Shown: positions 47,348 through 55,663 of the stretch, one piece after another | Position numbering within the stretch: position 1 is the stretch's first letter | Layout of the letters: every line of letters starts with the position of its first letter | IMG/VR virus record: IMGVR_UViG_3300020577_008200 | Span: 9,037-73,036 of that record | Source of the DNA: a virus | Lineage: Duplodnaviria > Caudoviricetes | DNA length: 64,000 nt | Reading direction: 5' to 3' (one strand) | Translations under genes and position numbers: made by a program | Notes under the pieces: model-generated | The model's input: the letters and a program-made list of their open reading frames with translations, nothing else | Told to the model about the DNA's origin: nothing | Database searches by the model: none

Positions 47348-47736
47348 TAGTACATCTCTCTTTCAGCATTTCTTAAGTAAGCCTGATTCTTAGTTTCTAA
47401 GAATTTTAGATAAAGCTTAAAACAATTTTCATTAACTTTAGAGTAAGAATAGTAATCTTTACCTCTAGTTTTATCGAAACCTCTAGTTTCTCCATCTTTA
47501 TACCAAATACTATTTGGATTTAGTAAGTGGCTGGCGTCTGCGCCCATGTTACATTTTTTAATATAATAATTTGTTTCTTCCGGTTCATCAATAATAGCTT
47601 TAACTCTAATAACATCTTTAGTTTCACCATCGGAACTATCGTTTTTATTTATTACTAATTTAGCACAAGATAAGAGGTCATTAGTGCCGGCTTTAAGCTG
47701 TTCCCCATTTAATCCGTACTTCTTTTCTATTTTCAT
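47347..47736 (-). CDS. Hypothetical protein
   Basis: 129 aa. Confidence 0.55.
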   Translation of the reverse strand: MKIEKKYGLNGEQLKAGTNDLLSCAKLVINKNDSSDGETKDVIRVKAIIDEPEETNYYIKKCNMGADASHLLNPNSIWYKDGETRGFDKTRGKDYYSYSKVNENCFKLYLKFLETKNQAYLRNAEREMY

Positions 47737-48101
47737 TTATATTTCTCCGTTACAAATAAAGAAACATCTTTTCCTTGATATTTTATCATTTGTATATCTA
47801 CTATATTTACAATTGGAATTACATCTTCCGGGTTACCATTAGGATGAGGAATATCATGTCCTTTAGGATGAAAACCTCCAGTTACTTTAGTTATATAACT
47901 TTTATCCTGACAATAACAACAAGACGCCTGAATCAACCATTCTAAAGGATGACCGTTTAACGTTTCTTTAGGGCGAGTATGCCATACTTCGATTAATGGT
48001 TTATCACAGTTACTACACTTAATAAGTGTTACACCACCATTTTCTAAAGTCTCGCTAACCTCTTTTACTTTATCTTCTTTTTCATAAATTATTGAAGACA
48101 T
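47733..48101 (-). CDS. Hypothetical zinc-binding protein
   Basis: CSNC...CCYC. Confidence 0.55.
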   Translation of the reverse strand: MSSIIYEKEDKVKEVSETLENGGVTLIKCSNCDKPLIEVWHTRPKETLNGHPLEWLIQASCCYCQDKSYITKVTGGFHPKGHDIPHPNGNPEDVIPIVNIVDIQMIKYQGKDVSLFVTEKYK

Positions 48102-48274
48102 TTCTTTACCTCTTTTATAAAGTTTTCGGCTTTCTTTTTAAGTTCCTGTTCTGAATTTCCATCAAGACTAAATATTTTAACTTCATCGGATATTGCGGGA
48201 GGTAAACATTCTCCCTCTTCGTTGAGATTATGGGTTTTAAATCTAATGGAAATTAACGTTTTAAATTTACTCAT
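48089..48274 (-). CDS. Small hypothetical protein
   Basis: 61 aa. Confidence 0.5.
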   Translation of the reverse strand: MSKFKTLISIRFKTHNLNEEGECLPPAISDEVKIFSLDGNSEQELKKKAENFIKEVKKCLQ

Positions 48275-48307
48275 TTTATCCTTTCATCTGGGCGTGGCGA
48301 AGCTCCA

Positions 48308-48706
48308 CTATTTTTGCCCTGTTTCTATATACTTTCTAATATTACTTATCTTTCCTAAATCTAATTTTTCTCTCCAAGCAGGTTTTGGTCCGTTAGTTGA
48401 GCGAATAGCTTTTCCACCTACTTTTTCCGCCATTTCTTCTCTAGCTTTACGAATTGCCTCTTTTTTTCTTTCCGCTCTTTCACTTAACTCCGCTTTACCA
48501 ATTCTTTGAGTATTTCTATCTGCTTGCCAGTGAACTGTGGTAGGGTCTTGTTTAACAAAAAAGGTTGGGCATCCTATTATTTGGAAAAATTGTTCCGGGT
48601 TAGAACAATTGCAGAATTCGCATTTGGTTGGCAAATCATCTTTAATAGATTGATTGACTTCGTAAACTAATTCACATTTTTTACAAGCAAAATCATATGA
48701 TACCAT
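48308..48706 (-). CDS. FmdB-family zinc-ribbon protein
   Basis: YDFACKKC...FEV-like...CEFC. Confidence 0.75.
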   Translation of the reverse strand: MVSYDFACKKCELVYEVNQSIKDDLPTKCEFCNCSNPEQFFQIIGCPTFFVKQDPTTVHWQADRNTQRIGKAELSERAERKKEAIRKAREEMAEKVGGKAIRSTNGPKPAWREKLDLGKISNIRKYIETGQK

Positions 48707-48730
48707 TATTATTTCCTTTTACAATCTTCA

Positions 48731-49738
48731 TTAATAATCTTCCACTAAATTTGATGTTTGATACTCAAGAACTCTTTTTTCAAAAAAGTTTTGCATTTTA
48801 GGCAAATCTATAGTTTCGCTCATCCACATAAAAGGATTTTTCGCATCTTTATAGAGTACAGGAAGATTTAAATCTGTCAAGCGTCTATTTGCAATATATT
48901 TAATATATTCTAAAAACATTTCGGAATTCAGACCTAAGATACCACGAGGTAAAGCTTCTTCCGCATATTTTACTTCTAAAGCTACAGCTTTTTCAATATG
49001 TTGAATACTTTCCTTTTCAAATTTTGAAGTCCATAATCCCGGATATTGGTATCTTAATTTGTTAATTAAGGTAGTGCCAAATTTGATATGTATTGATTCG
49101 TCTTTTAAAGTGTAGTTAATTTGTTCAGCTATTCCTGGAAGTTTATTTTGTCTTCCGAAACTGAGTAGCATAGCAAAGCCGCTATAGAAGAAGATTCCTT
49201 CACATATAATATAGTAAGTAAAAATGTTACGAAGAAGTTCCTGCTTTCCTTCTAAAGTATTAATATCAAAGTCTTGACGATTGATATCTGAAGTAATTTG
49301 CATCAAAAAATCATCTTTAGCTTTAATAGCTGGAATATTTTGATAAGCCTCATAAACCTCTTTAATATCTAAGCCTAGACTATCGCAAATGTAAACTATT
49401 GTTAGATTATGTAAAGATTCTTCATAGTTCTGACGGCTTATATATTGTCTAGCTTCCGGGTCTGTAACGTATTTAAATATACTTAAGAGTAAGTTATTAG
49501 CAACTAGACTTTCTGACCCAGCAAAAAAACCTAGACACCGTTTTACTACCAAACGTTCGTCATCAGAAAGAACAGTTGAAGATTTCCACTGTTCAATATC
49601 CTTTTGCATACTGACTTCAGTAGGCATCCAGTTATTAGCGCAACCAGTGAGAAACAAATCCCAGGCCCATTTGTTTACATGTGGTAAGATTTGATTTACA
49701 CTGGCTATATCGTTACTAATTAATTTATCTGTTTTCAT
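48731..49738 (-). CDS. nrdB: Ribonucleotide reductase small subunit, class Ic-like
   Basis: NNWMPTEV, FFAGSESLV, EESLH, EGIFFYSGF, DESIH, NFFE. Confidence 0.92.
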   Translation of the reverse strand: MKTDKLISNDIASVNQILPHVNKWAWDLFLTGCANNWMPTEVSMQKDIEQWKSSTVLSDDERLVVKRCLGFFAGSESLVANNLLLSIFKYVTDPEARQYISRQNYEESLHNLTIVYICDSLGLDIKEVYEAYQNIPAIKAKDDFLMQITSDINRQDFDINTLEGKQELLRNIFTYYIICEGIFFYSGFAMLLSFGRQNKLPGIAEQINYTLKDESIHIKFGTTLINKLRYQYPGLWTSKFEKESIQHIEKAVALEVKYAEEALPRGILGLNSEMFLEYIKYIANRRLTDLNLPVLYKDAKNPFMWMSETIDLPKMQNFFEKRVLEYQTSNLVEDY

Positions 49739-49742
49739 TCCA

Positions 49743-50030
49743 TCATTCCATATTAGAATAATCTAAAATACGTTCTTTTTTATTAACATAAATTCTTAAA
49801 AATTTACTAGAAAATACCGATTTAATATTTTCTAACTGTTTCTTATACTCATTTTCGTGGCAGGTTACTGTGCCGTGTATCCAATCTAATTTATCATCTG
49901 AGTAAGAAAAATTAATTTCATATTTTGTTTCCGGCATTTTAGAACTCCACTGGCTTATTTTCATCCACACTCTTCCAACGAAGCACACAACCATTAACTC
50001 CAGGAGCCGGCACACAATGAGCAATACCAT
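49743..50030 (-). CDS. Small hypothetical protein (start uncertain)
   Basis: ORF track entry. Confidence 0.35.
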   Translation of the reverse strand: MVLLIVCRLLELMVVCFVGRVWMKISQWSSKMPETKYEINFSYSDDKLDWIHGTVTCHENEYKKQLENIKSVFSSKFLRIYVNKKERILDYSNME

Positions 50031-50301
50031 GACTATCTACTACTCTATGAGTGGCTCCACCATTTCTCATAACCACAGATTTAGGATTTTTAATTCGGTA
50101 TGCAGTATCTCGACCTGGAAATTCGTATTCTCTCCAAAGTTCAATACCTTCTAAGTTTTTAACTGTATATTCGTTCTTGATTTCAACTTTATCTTCCATA
50201 TTATCTCCTAATTTCTTCATTATTAAATGTTTAGTAATATCAAAATTTTCAAAAGCTCGGTATAAGAAGTTTAATTCGTCCTGACTCAATTCTAAGAGCA
50301 T
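49939..50301 (-). CDS. Hypothetical protein
   Basis: ELWREYEFPG...YRIKNP...THRVVDSHG. Confidence 0.55.
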   Translation of the reverse strand: MLLELSQDELNFLYRAFENFDITKHLIMKKLGDNMEDKVEIKNEYTVKNLEGIELWREYEFPGRDTAYRIKNPKSVVMRNGGATHRVVDSHGIAHCVPAPGVNGCVLRWKSVDENKPVEF

Positions 50302-50312
50302 GTTTATTCCAT

Positions 50313-50504
50313 TTAAACTCTTCTATTTTGTGGAACTTTCTCTATAAGAAAGTTTTGCATTTCATTAAAATTTTTCAAAGCCTTTTTAATGGATTCTAAT
50401 TCACTATCTGTGACTTCGGCGGATAAATCATATTTGTTACTTGGTTCTTCATTAAATTCGTATACTGGCCATTTTTCATCGTATGTTATATTAATTATTG
50501 GCAT
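50313..50504 (-). CDS. Small hypothetical protein
   Basis: 63 aa. Confidence 0.5.
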   Translation of the reverse strand: MPIINITYDEKWPVYEFNEEPSNKYDLSAEVTDSELESIKKALKNFNEMQNFLIEKVPQNRRV

Positions 50505-52945
50505 GATTCACAAATTCCCCCATTCTTCATAGCTTCAATTGAACAAACAGTTGGAGTTTTACTCACTGTTGATTTTTCTACTTTGCTAGCTCCGCGACTT
50601 CTTAAGTAGTAAGTAGTCTTGAGACCTTTTTCATAAGTATACATATACTTTTCAGCTAGATGTTTGAGACTTGGGTTGTCATTATAAATATTGAAACTAA
50701 TTCCCATATCAATCCATTGCTGTCTAGCTGCTGTGGCATCTACTAAGTAATGATAATCAATATCAAAAGCTGTCTTAGATTGCTTCTTTAAATCTTCTGG
50801 TAAATTTAATTTACTAATATCTCCATCCACCTGTTTAATTGCGGTTAGTAACTCTTCACTCCAAACTCCTAATTTCTTAGCTTTTTCCACAAACCATTCA
50901 TCAATCATGGTGAATGAACCACTTAATGTACCATAAGTGAAGAGAACTGAATAGTCAGGCTCAATACTTTGTCTACATCCAGCTATGTAACTAATTGTAG
51001 CTGTTGGAGCAATTGCTCTGACACTAGCATTTCTCATACCATGAGATATTACTAATTGCCGCAAAGCATTCCATTTAAAATCACTTATCTTGTTTTTAGG
51101 AACATCTTTAGTTTTACCACGTTCTTCAAAGAGTTTATCACACATATCTTGAGGAAAGCTCCCTTCGGACCATGTAGAACCTTCGTATGTAGAAAATACT
51201 CCACGTTCTTTAGCTAGTTTACAAGACGTTTTAATAGCATGATAGGAAACAAATTCTTCTAATTCACTAGCTAATTCTACAGCCTCTTGACTTTCATATG
51301 GAATATCTAAAGCATGAAGCACATCCACGAAACCCATTTCGCCAAGCCCAATTGGTCTATGGTCTAAATTAGATTTTCTTCCTTCTGGCGTAGCATAGAA
51401 ATTCAAGTCTATATTGTTATCTAACATTCTAATCATAGTAGCTACAGTTTTAGCTAATTTATTTTTATTTAACTTCCATTTACCAGTTTTTTCATTATAC
51501 TCTAAATGAGCTTTATAATTAGGAGAAGCTAGAGTGCAAATTGCAGTATCACCAATAGAAGTTTTATTTCCATCTTTATCATATGAACTACTAGTAGTAT
51601 GTCTAATTACCTCTGTACACAAATTACTACTATGAACTACACCGGCATTACTATTAGAATAACAGATGTTAGAAGCGTCTTTATATGTTATCCAAGGGTG
51701 TCCGGTTTCAGATAGCGAAACTAATATTTTCTTATAGAGAGACTTAGCAGAGAAAGTCCTCCATAACTTTATTTCGCCTTTCTGAGCCTTTTTAACATAG
51801 TAATTATAACGTTTCTCGAATTCCTCGCCGTACAAATCATGTAAGTCTGGGACTTCATCAGGTGAAAATAGATACCAGTTTTCGTCCTTAGTCACCTTCT
51901 CCATGAATAAGTCCGGTATCCAAACCGCAGTGTTCATATCATGGCATCGGCGTCTATCATCACCAGTATTCTTTCTTAAATCAATGAAGTCTTCAATATC
52001 TATATGCCATACTTCTAAGTATGAACACCCGGAACCTTTCCGGAGTCCGCTTTGATTCCAGGAGACTAGCACATCATTAAATATCTTCATGAATGGGATT
52101 ACCCCGCTAGAAGTTCCATTAGTTCCTTTAATATGTGAGCCGGCTCCTCGTACTGGAGTCCAGTCTACTCCCAGACCTCCAGCATATTTACTTAGTTTAG
52201 CTTGGTCATGCATTGACCCCATAATACTATCTAAACTATCACCTACTGTTGAAAGGAAACAGCTAGATAATTGTGAGTGAGTAGTCCCACTGTTGAATAG
52301 TGTGGGAGTAGAAGGCATTCCTAAGAACTGAGACATTACTTCGTAAAACTCTAAAGCTTTTTTATCCTTATCTTTCTCATTAATAGCTAGCCCCATAGCA
52401 ATTCGCATGAAGAAGGCTTGCGGAGTTTCTTTTTTTATACTGTCAATATGAATAAAATATCTATCGTAGAGAGTCTGAATACCTAGATACTTAAATAGAT
52501 TATCTCTGTCTATATCTATTTTTTCAGATAAAAATTCTAAATCAAAAGTCAAAAGTCTCGGGTCAAGTCGGCCAACCTCTACCAATTCATTGACATTTTC
52601 GATAAATGATTGCCGGTACTGTTCTTCAAATAATTCTTGTTCTACTCCACAACCGAATACTTCTTTGTATATATTATTTAATAGCAAACGGGCTGCAACA
52701 AAAGAATAATTTGGTTCTTTTTCAATTTTACTCTTAGCGGATAAAATCAAAGCTTTGTCAATTTCAATAGTTGATATTTTATCAAACAACTGAACATGGG
52801 CATCCAGAACAACCTCAGACGCGGAGACATCGGTGAGGCCGACACATGCCCTTCCTGCTGATTTATTTATTTTATCTAAGTTTAGATTTTCGAGTGAACC
52901 ATCTCTTTTAGTAACTAGAATATTGGACATGAGTGAAGCCTTCAT
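50495..52945 (-). CDS. nrdA: Ribonucleotide reductase large subunit with an ATP-cone
   Basis: VTKRDG ATP-cone, PSTPTLFNSG, QLSSCF, SSNLCTEV, CTLAS, AIAPTATIS, C-terminal CESCQ. Confidence 0.95.
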   Translation of the reverse strand: MKASLMSNILVTKRDGSLENLNLDKINKSAGRACVGLTDVSASEVVLDAHVQLFDKISTIEIDKALILSAKSKIEKEPNYSFVAARLLLNNIYKEVFGCGVEQELFEEQYRQSFIENVNELVEVGRLDPRLLTFDLEFLSEKIDIDRDNLFKYLGIQTLYDRYFIHIDSIKKETPQAFFMRIAMGLAINEKDKDKKALEFYEVMSQFLGMPSTPTLFNSGTTHSQLSSCFLSTVGDSLDSIMGSMHDQAKLSKYAGGLGVDWTPVRGAGSHIKGTNGTSSGVIPFMKIFNDVLVSWNQSGLRKGSGCSYLEVWHIDIEDFIDLRKNTGDDRRRCHDMNTAVWIPDLFMEKVTKDENWYLFSPDEVPDLHDLYGEEFEKRYNYYVKKAQKGEIKLWRTFSAKSLYKKILVSLSETGHPWITYKDASNICYSNSNAGVVHSSNLCTEVIRHTTSSSYDKDGNKTSIGDTAICTLASPNYKAHLEYNEKTGKWKLNKNKLAKTVATMIRMLDNNIDLNFYATPEGRKSNLDHRPIGLGEMGFVDVLHALDIPYESQEAVELASELEEFVSYHAIKTSCKLAKERGVFSTYEGSTWSEGSFPQDMCDKLFEERGKTKDVPKNKISDFKWNALRQLVISHGMRNASVRAIAPTATISYIAGCRQSIEPDYSVLFTYGTLSGSFTMIDEWFVEKAKKLGVWSEELLTAIKQVDGDISKLNLPEDLKKQSKTAFDIDYHYLVDATAARQQWIDMGISFNIYNDNPSLKHLAEKYMYTYEKGLKTTYYLRSRGASKVEKSTVSKTPTVCSIEAMKNGGICESCQ

Positions 52946-52998
52946 TAAAACTTTTCCTTATTTAAAAAATGGGATAAGGAATAACTACCCAGAGACAC

Positions 52999-53469
52999 TC
53001 ATTTAAATGCAGGTTCTAAGATGATTTCTAGGTAACGCTTTATGTCTTTATAAACCCGACTTTTAGTATTATATTTATACTTATCAGCAGCCGAACCTTT
53101 AACCCATTCCCAGATACCAGAACCAAATTCTTCACTTCGGGCTTTCCAGTCGCAAGTCATTTCAGCTAAGTAAACTTCACTCATTAATTCGATACCACGC
53201 CACGCTTCCGGATGGTGAAGATTTATAGTATTGTGGTGTGTTAACGCAGCTTTAAATAGTTCCGGTTTTTCTTCTTTAGTCTGGCTGTCTAAGTATAGCC
53301 ATTCAATTCCTTTAAACTTAGAATTATCGTGAATCATACTATTAGCTATGAGTTCTACACCTAAATCTTCGTAACCATCTTTAATGAAATGTTCACCAAG
53401 TATTAAACAATTATCTTGCACATTTTTAATATGTCTCAAAAGTCCATCTAATTTACTATCTTCGTCCAT
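52999..53469 (-). CDS. DUF5662-like HD-type protein
   Basis: HIKNV...HDNSKF...HHNTINLHHPE...EMTCDW. Confidence 0.7.
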   Translation of the reverse strand: MDEDSKLDGLLRHIKNVQDNCLILGEHFIKDGYEDLGVELIANSMIHDNSKFKGIEWLYLDSQTKEEKPELFKAALTHHNTINLHHPEAWRGIELMSEVYLAEMTCDWKARSEEFGSGIWEWVKGSAADKYKYNTKSRVYKDIKRYLEIILEPAFK

Positions 53470-53483
53470 CTTTACCTCAAATT

Positions 53484-53508
53484 AAAAAGACGTGACTATT
53501 CACGTCTT
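53484..53508 (-). terminator. Intrinsic terminator
   Basis: AAGACGTGA-ATAG-TCACGTCTT followed by TTT. Confidence 0.7.
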
Positions 53509-53509
53509 A

Positions 53510-53538
53510 AGTATATCACATAGTATAAGCTATGTCAA
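53510..53538 (-). promoter_or_regulatory. Sigma70 consensus promoter with extended -10
   Basis: TTGACA-17 nt-TATACT with a TGn extension. Confidence 0.85.
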
Positions 53539-53545
53539 GCGGAGC

Positions 53546-54346
53546 TTAAGGATATTTTTCAGAATTGTTAAAAATCCATTTTGTATTATTTTTAGAAGAC
53601 CATTTAATTAGTTCTCTGATGGGAGTGTATATAGCTATATTAGAAGAATATTTACCATACGTCATTCCAATATATTTACCATATTCATTAAACATTCCAC
53701 TTCCTGAACATCCTTTACCAACAGAAATATCATAGGATAAATCACTAGGTCTATAAGCTTTCTGTCTAACTCCATTTACAGTTCTTCCTAGTTCTACTTT
53801 TCTATTAATTTCACCTATAGTTCCAGTAGCACTACTAGTTAACCCTGGAGTTGATTCATATTCTAGGAAATTAGCAACTGCTATAATTTTAGTGCCTCTT
53901 GGTAGAATATTATCTTCTAAATAAAATTCTGTATTTCCAAATATATCTGGTGGACTTTCAAGTTTAAAAATTACTAAATCTAATATTTCATCATATGCAA
54001 AAACTTTAGCTTTTACAAATACCTCTTTATTAATTTCATAATTTTTATCTAAGAATTGTTTGTATATTGTAAAATTGTAAAATTTTTCAAATTCCATATT
54101 CCAGATTTTGAATCTAACTCGTTCTTCTGGATATATGAGATGAAAACAGGTGATAACATAAACATCTTTATCTCTGATAACAGAGACTCCGGAGCCTCTA
54201 ATATCTCCGGAACCAGAAGCTATTAAAACACATGATTTATCTATTTTTTCAATAATATCTGGTAGATTTTTAACATCGTTTTCCCCTGCTATCATAAATA
54301 GAGGGGATATTAGAACTGCTAATAGAAATGTGGCGACGTATTTCAT
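53546..54346 (-). CDS. Trypsin-like serine protease with a signal peptide
   Basis: Catalytic triad: ITCFHLI (His), DLVIFKL (Asp), KGCSGSG (Ser). Hydrophobic N-terminus. Confidence 0.85.
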   Translation of the reverse strand: MKYVATFLLAVLISPLFMIAGENDVKNLPDIIEKIDKSCVLIASGSGDIRGSGVSVIRDKDVYVITCFHLIYPEERVRFKIWNMEFEKFYNFTIYKQFLDKNYEINKEVFVKAKVFAYDEILDLVIFKLESPPDIFGNTEFYLEDNILPRGTKIIAVANFLEYESTPGLTSSATGTIGEINRKVELGRTVNGVRQKAYRPSDLSYDISVGKGCSGSGMFNEYGKYIGMTYGKYSSNIAIYTPIRELIKWSSKNNTKWIFNNSEKYP

Positions 54347-54355
54347 ACAAAGCCT

Positions 54356-55216
54356 TTATTGTGATAATCTATTACCGCATTTTCCACAGAACTTATCACT
54401 TTTTCTAGTGATTTTCTTACCACAGTTGGAACAATACGAATCTTCACTTGTAGTATGAGCGGTAGGGTTGTAGCCCTTAAGTACCAATAATATTATAACC
54501 GGATTTTTACCTTCTGTGATAAATTCTTCAGTTCTGAATGTTTGGTTAGTTGTGGAGCCTGATACTGTGCAACCAGTTTCACCTTTAGGAAGTTGAATAC
54601 CTCCAGAAGTTTTTTCTTCGTTACAAAAACTAGCTAGTGGGACTCCTCTTGGAATAGAATTACAATATGTTTCTTCCCCATCTTCTGGGAGACTTTTAGA
54701 CCCACAATCAGTAAAATTTAAATATTTTTTATAAGGATGCTGCCATCCGTTATCTTTGCGCCACGGATTAGTTGGATATGGAAAAAATGGAATTGGTTCT
54801 GGATATGTACCTTCTGGCCATTGCTTAGGTTTAATAGCTGGATTACTTAGAAATGAATCTCTTTCCAATTCCCATTCTACTCTAATAACACCGTTTCTTC
54901 CATCTTTATATTTAGTTTTGCCACTATCAACAGCTTGTCCGCTTTCTATAGAGACAAATTTGAAAGCATATTGTTTATTTACAGGATTTTCTATTATAAC
55001 TGAACTTTGACCATTCACTATAAAACCACCATCACTAATATTTTCATCATCAATGAAAACTTTAGCTAAAGCTCTCTTATAATTTTTATTTTGAAGTTTG
55101 ATTTTGTATTCAGAATTGAAAGGTGTTAAACCTTCATTGTTTTTTTGAATTGAAATTGGTTTGCCGTAAACTAAAATGCTAACTACGAAACCTGCTGAGT
55201 AAATACTATTTTGCAT
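54356..55216 (-). CDS. Hypothetical protein with a C-terminal zinc ribbon
   Basis: EYKIKLQN...NGVIRVEWELE...CSNCG...FCGKCG. Confidence 0.7.
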   Translation of the reverse strand: MQNSIYSAGFVVSILVYGKPISIQKNNEGLTPFNSEYKIKLQNKNYKRALAKVFIDDENISDGGFIVNGQSSVIIENPVNKQYAFKFVSIESGQAVDSGKTKYKDGRNGVIRVEWELERDSFLSNPAIKPKQWPEGTYPEPIPFFPYPTNPWRKDNGWQHPYKKYLNFTDCGSKSLPEDGEETYCNSIPRGVPLASFCNEEKTSGGIQLPKGETGCTVSGSTTNQTFRTEEFITEGKNPVIILLVLKGYNPTAHTTSEDSYCSNCGKKITRKSDKFCGKCGNRLSQ

Positions 55217-55297
55217 ACGAATTTTTCCTTTTTATTAAACTCTCACCGTCATTGAGCAAAAATTTGAGACTGTTCGCTCAGTCTCGACGGATACTTA

Positions 55298-55326
55298 ATC
55301 ATATCACAGAAAAAGAAAGAAGTCCA
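55298..55326 (-). promoter_or_regulatory. Sigma70-type promoter with extended -10
   Basis: TGGACT-17 nt-TATGAT with a TGn extension; the -35 lies in the terminator stem. Confidence 0.6.
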
Positions 55327-55341
55327 GTCGAAACTGGACTT
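55307..55341 (-). terminator. Intrinsic terminator with a UUCG loop
   Basis: AAGTCCAGT-TTCG-ACTGGACTT followed by CTTTCTTTTT. Confidence 0.8.
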
Positions 55342-55360
55342 TTGAACAAATAATTATAAA

Positions 55361-55651
55361 TTATCTATAATAGCAACGTCCACCAATACAGTAAACTTGA
55401 GGAACATAAACTGGCTGAACTACTCTATAGTTATAATAACTATAATTATATGTTGGTAGCACATTAGGATACACAGACATACTATAATTGTAATTATAGT
55501 AAGAGCCAAAATTATATTGCGGAACAATTAAAGGTTGTGCAACTAATTGAGGTTGAGCAAAACAAACTCCGTTTCGACATTGGGCTTGAGATACAGAGCT
55601 AATCCCAATTACTAAAACTAAAGCAACTAAAATCTTATAAAGAAAATCCAT
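55361..55651 (-). CDS. Secreted Tyr/Asn/Val/Pro-rich peptide with terminal CxxGxC motifs
   Basis: Signal peptide ending SQA; CRNGVC...CIGGRC. Confidence 0.7.
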   Translation of the reverse strand: MDFLYKILVALVLVIGISSVSQAQCRNGVCFAQPQLVAQPLIVPQYNFGSYYNYNYSMSVYPNVLPTYNYSYYNYRVVQPVYVPQVYCIGGRCYYR

Positions 55652-55663
55652 TTTACTAACTCC

